DNA of 63,150 nt, filler included, from Choristocarpus tenellus KU-1152 (lineage: Eukaryota; Protista; Phaeophyceae): assembly GCA_964200185.2 (NCBI GenBank). It is 9 parts of 9 records of this genome, joined end to end, with 100 filler letters (N's around TTAATTAATTAA, not from the genome) between each part and the next. Parts side by side here need not be neighbours in the genome. Positions count along the whole stretch, not along the records: positions 1 to 3,203 come from CAXNAD020021576.1; positions 3,304 to 7,114 come from CAXNAD020017791.1; positions 7,215 to 10,816 come from CAXNAD020019015.1; 6 more parts are not named here. The stretch is one strand, 5' to 3'. The position numbers were made by a program, and so were the translations under genes. The notes under the pieces were generated by a model, which made no database searches, was not told the origin of the DNA, and saw only the letters and a program-made list of their open reading frames with translations. Each line of letters starts with the position of its first letter. Within the stretch, counting starts at the first letter, position 1. Shown piece after piece: positions 1-10,816 of the stretch.

Positions 1-210
1 GTCCATTTGGGGTCAAAATCCAATGTGACGATTTTGATGTAGTGTCGGCTATTGTATTTGTCAGGAAGTGTCAATATCTGTGTTTCGGACACACCTTTTC
101 ATAACATAAACAGTTTACTTACAGCTAAATGTCATAAAAATACCCATGGGAAACCAAGCTCCAAATGGACAAACAGAGCAAAATTTGTACCCTCTCAGAT
201 ACTTTCACTC
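1..210 (+). mobile_element. Sola-like MITE, subfamily A, left end truncated by window start
   Basis: Reverse-complement match to 1749-1979. GTCCATTTG at 1; CAAATGGAC(162-170)-26 bp-AGATACTTT(197-205)-CACTC terminus. Confidence 0.85.
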
Positions 211-538
211 TAATGGCATATGTCATAAGGTCGATAGCATTACCAATGTATGAAACGTCAATTCAAGCTCAGTAAGCGAAGGCAGGGGTTACTACGGTGT
301 TGTTGGACCGTTAGTGATGGGGTATTGGATGTACTAATGTGGGGATGGCTGCATCACGCTTACACTTGACCCGTCGCGCTTCTTGTGCTCTCTCCACACA
401 CCGAGAAGGATCTCCTCCAGTTCTTTTGTCTCTGGTGGAACATAGTGAGGGGAAGAAAGGGTTTGGATTGGTTGGGTTACCAATGCAGAATTAATATGGA
501 TATATGCGACAAAAGGTACGCTGTGCTTCACAATCGTT

Positions 539-1606
539 TCACGAATCGTTTCCTGTGGAAGGAGTCGTGAGAATCTCACCTTCTCCCGCGCATATGTCGA
601 CAAGGGTGGTGATTGCGTTGAAGAATTGGACGGAGGTTTGGTCGGTGAATCTATTCACACCAGCTTCCATATGTGTGTCCTCCCAAGCTTCTTTGAGGAA
701 TGCCTTTATCTTTGCGGCTAACCTCCTCTTAACAGCCATCTGTAACGCGGCGTCGGCACTCCGGAAGTCTATGTCACCTAGACAGTACTGGTTGCACTTG
801 GCGACCAGTGTTGCCATGCGTACGCGATGATCAGAGTCCTCTTCCTTTTCCCGGACGTAGGGGTGGAACCTGTCGCAACTGAAGTCGCGCCTATACCCCA
901 GGATAGGGGCAACCCAAGACACCATTCAATGGAATATGTCTAGGATATTTGGCACGTGCGATCAGCTGGCTGCAACGCTCTCTCCTATGGAGATTGATTC
1001 TGCCTTTTCCCGGCTACAATGTGGATATATCTTCCATATGAAGCTCCTGTGGTGGGCCATCTGGAGGTTTGTTCCTACTTCCGAGGTCCATTGTGTTGTC
1101 ACATGGGCCGGGAGGTTGATGCCACGAGGGACATTGTCCTCCTTTGCGACGCACTCTCAATGGTCCTCAACACCATTATGCGGTGTTATCCATTAAGGCA
1201 AAAGAAGAGGTTGTCGTCGTCCTCTATCTCCCTATTGTCGCCATTATGGTCCACGTCCAAGTTGTTATCGGCGATATAATATTCAAACAGTTCCCTGTCT
1301 GGCACACTGGAGGGCACGTTTACCCTGCGCATGTCGGCTTTGAAGTCGCTTATGGTCTTCCATCTCGAGCACAGGGAAAAAGGCTGCCCACTCAGGATCC
1401 CCGCGAGCCTATCGGCGGCGACCTGTTGGTCCGACCCCAGTTTCGAGAACATAGACTCCACTCTACCATTGTCAAGAAGGTTGGCGGTATATCTCTGTGT
1501 AAAGTCAGATGTGGCGAGTTCCACCGTACACGTCGCGCTGAGGTTTGACGTTATCAGGTTTGTGGTCTTTTGGTGTTCATGAGTCCCTGGGCCTCCGGCC
1601 GGCTGT
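539..1606 (-). pseudogene. Decayed gene with ParB/Srx-like (DGxHR) N-terminal domain, probably transposon cargo
   Basis: Read-through of the 1186-1524 ORF gives ...LLDNGRVESMFSKL...FFCLNG*HRIMVLRTI. After a frameshift comes RSFIWKIYPHCSREKAESISIG, resembling RAFMMWVYIEFNQAEERLIANG of the ParB-like gene at 32214. It continues through two TGA stops into the 539-925 ORF. Pyrimidine tract plus CAG acceptor at 1607-1609. Confidence 0.55.
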
Positions 1607-1748
1607 CTGTGAAGGTAGAGAGGAAAATGTTAGGACAACGGTATCAGCAAAGGAGAAGGATATCAACGTAGGGGTGGATGCTATGGTTAGCCGCGCTCAG
1701 CAAGGGTGTCTTTATACGAACAGTGATGGACTATGTGATTAATGATGA

Positions 1749-2009
1749 GAGTGAAAGTATCTTAGAGGGTATGAGTTTTGCCCTGTTTGTCCATTTGGGG
1801 ATTGGCTTCCCGTCGGGTTTTTTTTATGACATGTTCCTACTCCAAATTGTTTCGGAGTAGGTAAAATATATACATCATGAAAAGGTGTGTCCGGAACAAG
1901 GATATTGACACTTCCTAACAAAACAGGATAGTCAAAATTGCATCATATCGCAACATTGGATCTTAACCTCTAAATGGACGCGGCTCTACCCTATAAGATA
2001 CTTTGTCTC
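1749..2009 (-). mobile_element. Complete 261-bp Sola-like MITE (subfamily A)
   Basis: Termini GAG...CTC and 4-bp TSD ATGA (1745-1748 / 2010-2013). AAAGTATCT-26-GTCCATTTG at left, TAAATGGAC-16-AGATACTTT at right. GRG..CYC termini with 4-bp TSD are known Sola2-type hallmarks. Confidence 0.85.
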
Positions 2010-2149
2010 ATGACGGGATCTGTACGGAGTGCAGGGTTCGTGTCCACATGCGTGGGATATGCAAACGCGATATGAAAAGACCGTAGCGATGCCGTGGCCA
2101 TGAGGCCGACATAACGTTTTCCTCAAAGGTCACGATCAAGGTAACATGT

Positions 2150-2757
2150 TGCGAGGGTAATCATGCACAGGTTTGTGCTGGACATAGGGCAGGCAATAAT
2201 AAATAAATTTCATGTGTTCTGTCGAGCGGTAGAGGCCATCAATATCCAAAGCGCGGCAAGACTGTTGGGGGGAGGGGGTGTCGACTTGAAATAGTAATCC
2301 TGACCAGGAAAACATATTACGTCGAATCTCGAAAATAAAAGGTAAACATGAAAGGGATTTAAGCGCCGACCAGGGTTAGATGTATGGAGGGCAACCGCGC
2401 ACAGATTTATGCTTGACATATGGCAGCCAGTGATGAATGAATTTGATGTGTTCTGTCGAACGGTAAAGGCCATCAATTTCCAAAGCGCGGCAAGACGGTT
2501 GGGGGTATGTGTGTGTCCATTTGAAATAGTAACAACCTGAGCAGGAAAACATTACGTCGAACTGCGAAAGTGAAAGGTGAACATGAAAGGAATTTTCACG
2601 CTGACCCGGGTTGGATGTCGGGAGGGCAACCATGCGCAGGTTTGTGCTTGACACAAGGCTGATAGTAATGAATGAATTTGATATGTTCTGTCGAGTGGTA
2701 AAGGCCATCAAATTCCAAAGAGCAACAAGACGGTTGAGGGGTGTGTATGTCCATTTC
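2150..2757. repeat. Three diverged tandem repeats, period about 235 bp
   Basis: The motif TTCTGTCGA..GGTA.AGGCCATCAA..TCCAAAG recurs at about 2217, 2451 and 2686. Confidence 0.9.
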
Positions 2758-3124
2758 CGATACGAACCGTATCGGAAATCTTCCAATGGTATCGAAGCCC
2801 TTACAGGTGCATATCGAAGGTGTTACCCACGTCTTCCTGGACAGACGGATGTTGTGGTGCGTGAAATTGCATCGTGGAATCTTGCTTCTATTTCGGATCA
2901 GTTGTCTGATTACTCAAAATAAATGTGACAAGCAACACATGTTCCAATTTCCGAAAAAGGTTCGGTCGAATTCTCTGTAGTCGTTTCATATTAAAACCGT
3001 TGACTTGATTCTACGTTTATGTCTTTGATGATGCAAGGTGAAATCTGTAAATGGCGGCTTGGGATTAGTGTTGAAAATGTAGGTGGTTTATTTTCGTCAG
3101 GGGTAGGGTTTATATCATGGTTGC

Positions 3125-3203
3125 TGGTCAAAATATCTTAGTGGTAGGGCCACGTCCATTTGGCGGCCGAATTCAAATGTTGTTTCAAAGTATCTGGGGG
3201 GGG
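3125..3203 (+). mobile_element. Short-spacer end of subfamily A MITE interrupted by a nested G-rich (subfamily B) end
   Basis: AAAATATCT(3130)-15-GTCCATTTG(3154), then a new AAAGTATCTGGGG end at 3187 running into the contig gap. Confidence 0.7.
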
Positions 3204-3303
3204 NNNNNNNNNNNNNNNNNNNNNNNNNNNNNNNNNNNNNNNNNNNNTTAATTAATTAANNNNNNNNNNNNNNNNNNNNNNNNNNNNNNNNNNNNNNNNN
3301 NNN
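3204..3303. other. Artificial contig linker N44-TTAATTAATTAA-N44 (identical linkers at 7115-7214, 10817-10916, 15726-15825, 20384-20483, 26325-26424, 32729-32828, 60371-60470)
   Basis: Eight identical 100-bp blocks with a central six-frame stop sequence; gene content changes abruptly across each one. Confidence 0.97.
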
Positions 3304-4560
3304 ATAAATAAATAAATAAATATATATATATTCAGTGATGATCTATGTACACGCCTCACCTTCCAATACTAACCCCCCCCCCTCCCTTCCAACATATTTC
3401 TACCATAGACAGAAACACTGCTTTTTTTTCATTTTTTCCTCTCTTTTTCAGGGTAGGTACCTGTTGAAAAATAAATAATAATTCATTACAGTTGAAAATT
3501 CTCATTAAGAAAAAAAACAAAACACACACATACACACAGACACATAGCGTATCAACTATTTTCTTTCACCTTCCTCCCCCCCCCCAAAAAAAGAAAAAGA
3601 GTAACACATGTGCTAGAAAGCATCTCTCGAATGAAAAAATAAAATAATTCCAAAACAACAGTCAAAAACAAAAAACCAAGCTGAAATTGTATTGGCACCT
3701 CATAAAAATAAAAACAGGAGTAGAGGCTTAAGAGGTGAATTCTTACATAATATACAAGATTATTTTTTATTCCACACATTCTTAAATTATTATTATTATT
3801 ATCATAAAATAATAGACATATATTTATTTTTCTATTATTTCAAACTCATGCGAGGTCAGAGGTCGAAATTCGAATAAAAAAAATCTGTATTATTAATATT
3901 ACTACTCCAAAAAAATATTTTTTTCAGGGACTCTGACCCGCCACAGAAGATACAAAAAACCTATTCCTCACCCTAACAATAAGGTTACGCAACTAACATA
4001 ATATCCACATACATACATATATATATATATATCAAGCGCATAAAAAACAAAAAAATGTATATATGGCGAGGTCACGACAATCATCAACAAAAAAAAGAAA
4101 ATAAGGAGCACGAGGAACAACCCCCCCCTCCCCAAAACACATGCACACTCTCTTCAAGATTCAGTACAAAAAAGAGCAAGCAACTGCATGAAGAAACTAC
4201 CATCAGCCCCCCTCAATGTCACCCTTCACACCCTGGAAGGCGTGTGCGTCGAACGAATCCAGTCACAATAATAATAAAAAATATGATAATAATATTAATA
4301 ATAATAACTGCCGTGAGAAAATTGGAAGGGATTTGTTTGGTACATCTCTGAGGCCATGAGTACAGCTGACCTAAGCCCTAGCTGCGCCTCCCCTAGCTAG
4401 AGCATTTTATTTCACTCAGACTTGTCAAAAAGCTTTGTGGGTATAGAGGCTCGTCAATGAGAACTCCTGGTGGGCGTCATGGTACAGCACATGTATCCCC
4501 AAATCAGAGGCTGTTGTATCTACCTCACTCTATCCATGGGCCATCACCCCACTAGCAGTC

Positions 4561-4857
4561 TATATATAGCCACATGCAGTCCTTAAGAATTCATTTCAAT
4601 CTTTGTGTATTTCATTAACCCTGTTTGTTACCTGGCACTCAATATCAATTTCGACATCATAAAAATGAAAAAAGAAAATCATCTGGGATTTGAACTCACA
4701 ACTCTGGATATATAGTCACACGCAGTCCTTAAGAATTCATTTCAATCTTTGTGTCTTTCAGTAACCCTGTTTGTTACCTGGCACTCAGTATCAATTTCGA
4801 CATCATAAAAATGAAAAAAAGCAATTCATCTGGGATTCGAACTCACAACTCTGGACC
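4561..4857. repeat. Tandem duplication of about 148 bp, each copy ending in a tRNA B-box-like motif on the minus strand
   Basis: Two near-identical copies; GGGATTCGAAC at 4832-4842 is the reverse complement of GTTCGAATCCC; possibly SINE-derived. Confidence 0.75.
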
Positions 4858-5167
4858 TCTGATTTTGTCAATTTTTTTCGACAAGCGAAGCAGTCGTATC
4901 ATACCATCAACCATAATAACAAAAATAAAATAAGATCTTACTGTGTTACAAATATTATTGAACCCTGTGACATTTTTCAGATGTGCCAAGGGAAAACTAA
5001 TGAAAACTATTGACATACCTGAAAAATTCCTCAGGAAGTAACACTTGTCACAAAATTATTAAAAAAGTTAATCCATTATTTCCCATATCACTGTGTTGTG
5101 TTTATAGTACCTATACTCCTCACTACATAATAGTAAACTATATTTCCCTTTAATGTTGCATTATTTC

Positions 5168-5332
5168 TATACCTTTAATATGTCACATCAATAATACATA
5201 ACTGTGAGTACAACATGGTATGTATATACCTTTAATATGTCACATCAATAAAACACAACTGTGAGTACAATATGGTATGTATATACCTTTAATATGTCAC
5301 ATCAATAATACACAACTGTGAGTACAATATGG
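5168..5332. repeat. Three tandem ~57-bp minisatellite units
   Basis: TATACCTTTAATATGTCACATCAATAA...GTGAGTACAA x3. Confidence 0.9.
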
Positions 5333-5354
5333 AAGTAGCTAATGCACAACATAC

Positions 5355-5998
5355 CTGAACCCCATCAATGAAGCTCTTGTTCTGAACAAAGTCAACATGG
5401 GCAGAGAAGGAGATGTATTCCACTGCACACTTGAGAGGGCGCACCTAAAACAAAGCAGGAGTTTGTCATTGAGGTGTACAAGAAGGAATAGTCCGTTGAT
5501 GCTGCTACCCTTCAATCCACAATAAAAAAAAAGATGATACTCATCTTTCCCCAAAAGAAAAAAAAAGTCTCACAATGCCTTCCGACGCAACAATAATAAT
5601 AATAAAAATAGTAAAAAAAAAATCTCAATTGAGAAAATAAAAAAAGTAACACGAAAGAATTACATCCCCCACTCGGGTGAGAGAGCCTTTGATCCTCCCA
5701 GAAATGCAGAAAAAAAATTGAAAAAATGAATAATAAAAATGATCAACATTGTACTGTATATAGCAGTCAAACAAGAGTATGTAAAAAGTACAGAAATAAA
5801 AAATAAAAATATTGAAAACAAAAAACAAGACTTGAATACAGGTGAAACTCACCCTTCCATCCATGCCAGTGACCTCCTCAGGCGAGGTCTGAATCTTTCT
5901 AGCCAGAGTCCCTTCCACAGAGTACCCTGGTATCAACACCAGATTTCTTTCCTCTGTGCACCATCTATCAAACAGCTGGAGAGAGGAGAGAGAGAGAA

Positions 5999-6044
<46 letters not shown>

Positions 6045-6402
6045 AGAGAGAGAGAGAGAAATAGAAATAGAAATAGAAAAAGAAAAAGAGAGAAAGAACG
6101 AAAGAGAGAGAAAGGGAAATTAGGGTTAGGGTCAGAAACAGACGATAATGCTACACACTAAAAAAATGGTTCTGAAACGGAATTTAAAGAGCCCGTCAGC
6201 AAATAAACCATTTTTTTTTAATTTTTTTTTTTAAAGATTCCAAGTGTATGTACGTTTGAAAATGGTCTCATGTTCTGGTCAGTGAAAAACGCCTCTTTTT
6301 TTCCCCTTCAAAACCTCTGAAATATCGTTCGGCAGCAAGATAGTAACGCCACACCTGTCGAGAAACTCCGCTCTGAAGCATACCAGGAGAGGCAAAAACC
6401 AC
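5355..6402 (-). CDS. CPSF3: CPSF73/YSH1 metallo-beta-lactamase/beta-CASP endonuclease, partial (exons 6355-6402, 5853-5975, 5355-5444)
   Basis: GT-AG bounded in-frame exons: VVFASPGMLQSGVSRQ | LFDRWCTEERNLVLIPGYSVEGTLARKIQTSPEEVTGMDGR | VRPLKCAVEYISFSAHVDFVQNKSFIDGVQ. These match the CPSF3 motifs ASPGM.QSG.SR, GY.VEGTLA and YISFSAH. Confidence 0.92.
5978..6110. repeat. (GA)n/(AGAAAT)n microsatellite in the intron next to a CPSF3 acceptor
   Basis: Direct reading. Confidence 0.9.
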
Positions 6403-7214
6403 CTGAAAAAAATGAGGGAAAAAAAAAGATAAAAGTTACACGTGCATCCGAGAAAAAAAAACTGAAAAAAAAGGTTTCATTTCATTTCGAGGGATTAGAG
6501 AGGAAAAAAAGGATATACAAAAATCAACACACACACACACATATATATGTATATATATTTTTTTGAAGGGCAAGGGTTAGGGTTGTAGGTACGTATCCGC
6601 GAGAGGAAAACACCAAAAAATAAATAAAAATAAAATATAAAGAGAGTGAAAACTTTCAAAAGGGTTGGGTACGTCGGAGAGGAAAAATAAAAAAGGACCC
6701 CCCTATGGCAAAAATAAAAATAAACATCACGCAATGAAGTTGTAACCCCACACTAATAAATAAAAAGAAAAATACGGTAATTATTATATATATTTTTTCT
6801 CTCCTCTCCTGTCGAATCACTCTTATCGATTTTTTTTTTTATCAATAAATATAAATATATATATTTTTTTATTCAATAGGATTCTTTTCCCTCCAACACC
6901 CCTACTCATTGGCTTTATCTTACGATGATGATGTTGATGATGATGATGATGAGGTTACACACCTAAATTCAGTTCATCCCGAGTTTTGTAACCTCATTTT
7001 TTTTTTGTAACAGGCGAAACTCAACAGGAAAAAAAAAATTCTGCCTAAATGAACAAACATAAATTAAAATACAATATAATCCAAAATACCCAGTACTCCA
7101 ACATATTCATAATCNNNNNNNNNNNNNNNNNNNNNNNNNNNNNNNNNNNNNNNNNNNNTTAATTAATTAANNNNNNNNNNNNNNNNNNNNNNNNNNNNNN
7201 NNNNNNNNNNNNNN

Positions 7215-7254
7215 CAAATGGACAGCCGCCACCCCCTCCTAGATACTTTTATCC
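7215..7254 (-). mobile_element. Short-spacer end of subfamily B MITE at contig start
   Basis: CAAATGGAC-17-AGATACTTT-TATCC; matches 63071-63112 in reverse complement. Confidence 0.75.
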
Positions 7255-9427
7255 ATTATCATACCGTTATTGCTGTATGTCATATACCATCATAACGATT
7301 AAGGTTCCTTGTCAGGAATCTCAGATTCCAGAGGAGGATCTCTCATGAGATTGAATCTATGGGATCTGTTCCAGATATCAGTCTCACAAATAAAAGTTCT
7401 CTCTTCATTCAGAGTTGTCTAACTTCAAAGATTGTCTTTGTTATGACACTTTGTGATGATCCCACACTCATGAGATTCTCATCACCCTGAAATTCTCTGC
7501 AGTTCTCTGCAATCTTTACTGTTATCCAACCTTATCATCGTTCTCCAGGTTGCAGTTCGTCTTGATTCGTCGGTCTGTCTGGCCTAATGATTCCCTTAAC
7601 CACCCTTACCTCTGAGTGAGTCCTGTTGCCACAGACTCATACCATTCACAATAGTACCAATTTTATTATGTCTACTACAAAATACAGAAAACATTACTAC
7701 TACTTTACTACTACTTCTACTTTTGAAATAGAAACTAACATTACAACAAGAAGCATAATGATTCAACAACATATAATATTATTCTTCTTACCCCCTCTGA
7801 CATTTTGCAGGTGTGTCATATGCTTTGCTCATGAATTCTGGATCGCTATAATTTATTCTTTGCTTTCCACCCATTTCCCTCCTCCCCATTGTATCACCAC
7901 TTGTGACCAACCAGTGCGAACCCCTTTTGCCACTGATTCCACTCACCGTCCACCTCTGATGATCAATCAATCAATCCCCCTTCGCCACTGATTTCCAGCC
8001 ACCACCCCACCCCTCAACCTCACCCAACCCCACACCACCTACCACTCCATCACACCATTCAACATAACTTTCCCACACAACACTTTCCACCACTTTCCAC
8101 TTCCCCACACCACTCAACACCACTCAACACCACCCAAGAATATCCCTGCATCATCCACTTCATACTGTGCCTTTGAACTAGAAGACATCTACCCTGCCCA
8201 AACTTGACCTCCCCCCCCTTCCCAGCATCCCATTCGGTAGTGAGCAATCAATCGAAAGGGTGGGTGGGTGGTAGAAATTGCTCAGAGGTTGTCTTGTTCT
8301 AGCCTTCTCGTCCCTTTTCACCACCCTGAGGTTTTCCTTACGTTCTGACCAGTCCTTCTTACCCTGTGCTTCCACCTACCTCCCGTTTCTCTTAACTTCT
8401 CTCCTACCTCTACTCCCTCCTACGTACTCAGTACTTAACTCTTCGTCCACCCTTTGAATATTCTTATTTTTCCCTCTTCAATCTTCCCTTCCTTCTACAC
8501 CAATCTGATCAGAATTCTCCCACCCACAAAACTCAAATTACTTCATAAACTTCGCCTATGTTTATATTATTTTGCCCTTGAACATTTAGAAGATATCAGG
8601 GAAGACGTCAAACCAATGTTCACAATGATCCCTGTAAAAGTAGAATCGTTTGAACGTTGATTTGGCAAAGGAGATGTAGACATCAATAGTGTCTTATAAT
8701 GGTTCTATCATTCGATAGGCTGTGACGATGTAGTGCCAGAGGGCATAATAGTAAAATATAGTAAAACATCCTAAGCAAGTTTTGAATGGTACATTAGTAT
8801 CCCTGACGTCATTGCTGCTTCCATCCATGTAGTTCATTTAATCGAAATATTTTAGTTTCCTCGGTCCAAACGTAAGGGTAGGATACTGAGTGCCATGTTT
8901 CATTGGTTTTTCTCCTCACACATCTTCAAAATGTCCGACAGCAATCAATTTATTATGTCTGACACTCACACTCCATAGTCGGTATGACTAAGCCCGAAAC
9001 TGTTGGCGTTAAATATCAACTTTGAAGTATATTATATTTTATTATTATGCGCTCTGACATTTTGCAGATGTGTCAGGGGGAAACCAATGAAAACTATATA
9101 CACAGTGTATATAAAATGTCCTAAATGTGTATATATTTTTATTATGCCCTCTGACAAAATGTGTATATCATCCAGGAAATGTTGTTAGGAGAAAATGTAG
9201 AGAAAATTTCGTTAGGTCATACCATGACAATTATTCATTCATAAAGTCCACTCCAAGATTCTGAAAGGTCCTCGTACCTATTAACTTCCTTCCTACCTCT
9301 CACCTTCTATGATGCCTTTTCCATTCTTGCATGCATGGGTGAACGAGTTAGCGACTTGAGAGGTAACAACCTACAACTTAGGTGCTCCACAATTTCTCTC
9401 GTGTAAATAAGACTACAGGCGTCGAGT

Positions 9428-10648
9428 ATGGGATGCAATCAGTCTGCCCTCACTCCCAATCGAAACCTAACCGGGAAGTGTGCAACAGAACAAGTGATAC
9501 ACCAATGGTCAAATCGCAGCCCAACAGTGTCCATATCGATAAAATCGAATTCAAGCAGCAGTTGCCGGGAAGAAAGAGGTACAGGCAGAGATACCACTGT
9601 CGAAGCGAAACTGACGCAGCCATTTGCACCACCAAAGATGAGATTTGGGAGAATTCAAATTCAACCAGAGGCGGGATGGACACAAGGGGAACCCTGCAAT
9701 GAAGATACGGAATGTTTTATTCCCTGCGACCTCACACTGGAAGACGTCGAGGTCAAGTGCCACATTGCCGACGGAGGGTTCTGTGCAGTGTATGCCTGCC
9801 TATTTCGAGGAAAGGATGTCGCCGTCAAGGCTCCGAGGTCATCTTGCTCTGACCTCCCTACCGCAATAGAGAGCGTCAAGAATGAAGTAGAGATATTCAA
9901 GAGACTCAACCACAAGTACCTCTGTGGTTTCTACGGGGCTGGACAGGGTAGGGATGATCAGCCCTTCATCGTCCTTGAAGTGGTCCAAGGAAATCTGTCA
10001 GAGCTGTGCGGAACGGACGCTCCGCACGAGGAGGCATCACTGAAAAAGATGATCAAGCGCAGGAGTTTGAACAAAAAAGTGTCGTTTGTACGACGTCTGG
10101 AGCTTGGTCTTGAGCTGGCACATCTCCTCAAGTACTTCCACGAGGATGCCATCCCCGGTGGATGTGTCCTTCACCGGTGAGAGAGAGGGACAAGTGTATA
10201 TATTTATGAAGTAACCCTTGGTAATTTGGTGTCCCATGCTTTTTAGAGACACTTTTACCTCCATTCTCCGTCCCTGGTGCTGTCCTCTTTACATGTGACA
10301 CCCAGCTTTTTCCGTGATGGCGTGATGTGCTCTCAGTTATGGGTATTGTGGTCCCTAATTTAGGTAGAAGAATGCCTTGCACGGATGTCAAGTAGCGAAA
10401 GTCATGCCACCAATGGATCACGATACAACCAAGTTGGGAAGGGCCCCCCACCAAGCATTCGAATCATGATATACATCCCTCATTTGTATTTTGAATAGAC
10501 ACTCCCTTATCCGTTTTTCACCTCAACCGTGGGCAGGGATCTCAAGCCGAAGAATATTGGAATGTCTAGAGATGGGCACATTAAAGTGTTTGACCTTGGA
10601 CTAGCCAAGGTATTGGAGAGCCATAGTTCTATAGATGACAAGTATGAG
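9428..10648 (+). CDS. TKL-type Ser/Thr protein kinase, partial (exons 9428-10176, 10537-10648)
   Basis: IADGGFCAVY, VAVK, and HR|DLKPKNIG split by a GT-AG intron, then KVFDLGLAK. N-terminal MGCNQS is a likely myristoylation/palmitoylation motif. Confidence 0.9.
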
Positions 10649-10665
10649 GTGAGTCTGAGAGATGG

Positions 10666-10816
10666 GACCCAAAGTATCTGTGTGAGGGGGGGGGGGTCTA
10701 CACCAGAGTGTCCATTTGGACCAAAACCAGGAAAAGTGCACTTTCATTATCCGTTTAACGTATGGAACCAAATCACCCAAAAATCGCGACATGAAAAAAT
10801 CGGCGCCAAATGGACA
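10666..10816 (+). mobile_element. Subfamily B MITE inserted 17 bp into the kinase intron, right end cut by contig gap
   Basis: GACCC-AAAGTATCT-30 (poly-G)-GTCCATTTG ... AATCGCGACAT ... CAAATGGAC(10807). Confidence 0.8.

Noticed and set aside
1-2009. Composite transposon formed by inverted MITEs around the ParB-like relic
   Set aside because: The second MITE has its own ATGA TSD, indicating independent insertion; the outer left end is not visible
4820-4860. tRNA gene
   Set aside because: Only a B-box-like motif; no cloverleaf can be built
7215-10816. Contig starts and ends with CAAATGGACA, suggesting a circular element carrying a kinase
   Set aside because: Both ends fall in copies of the high-copy MITE where the assembly breaks, and the kinase gene is incomplete
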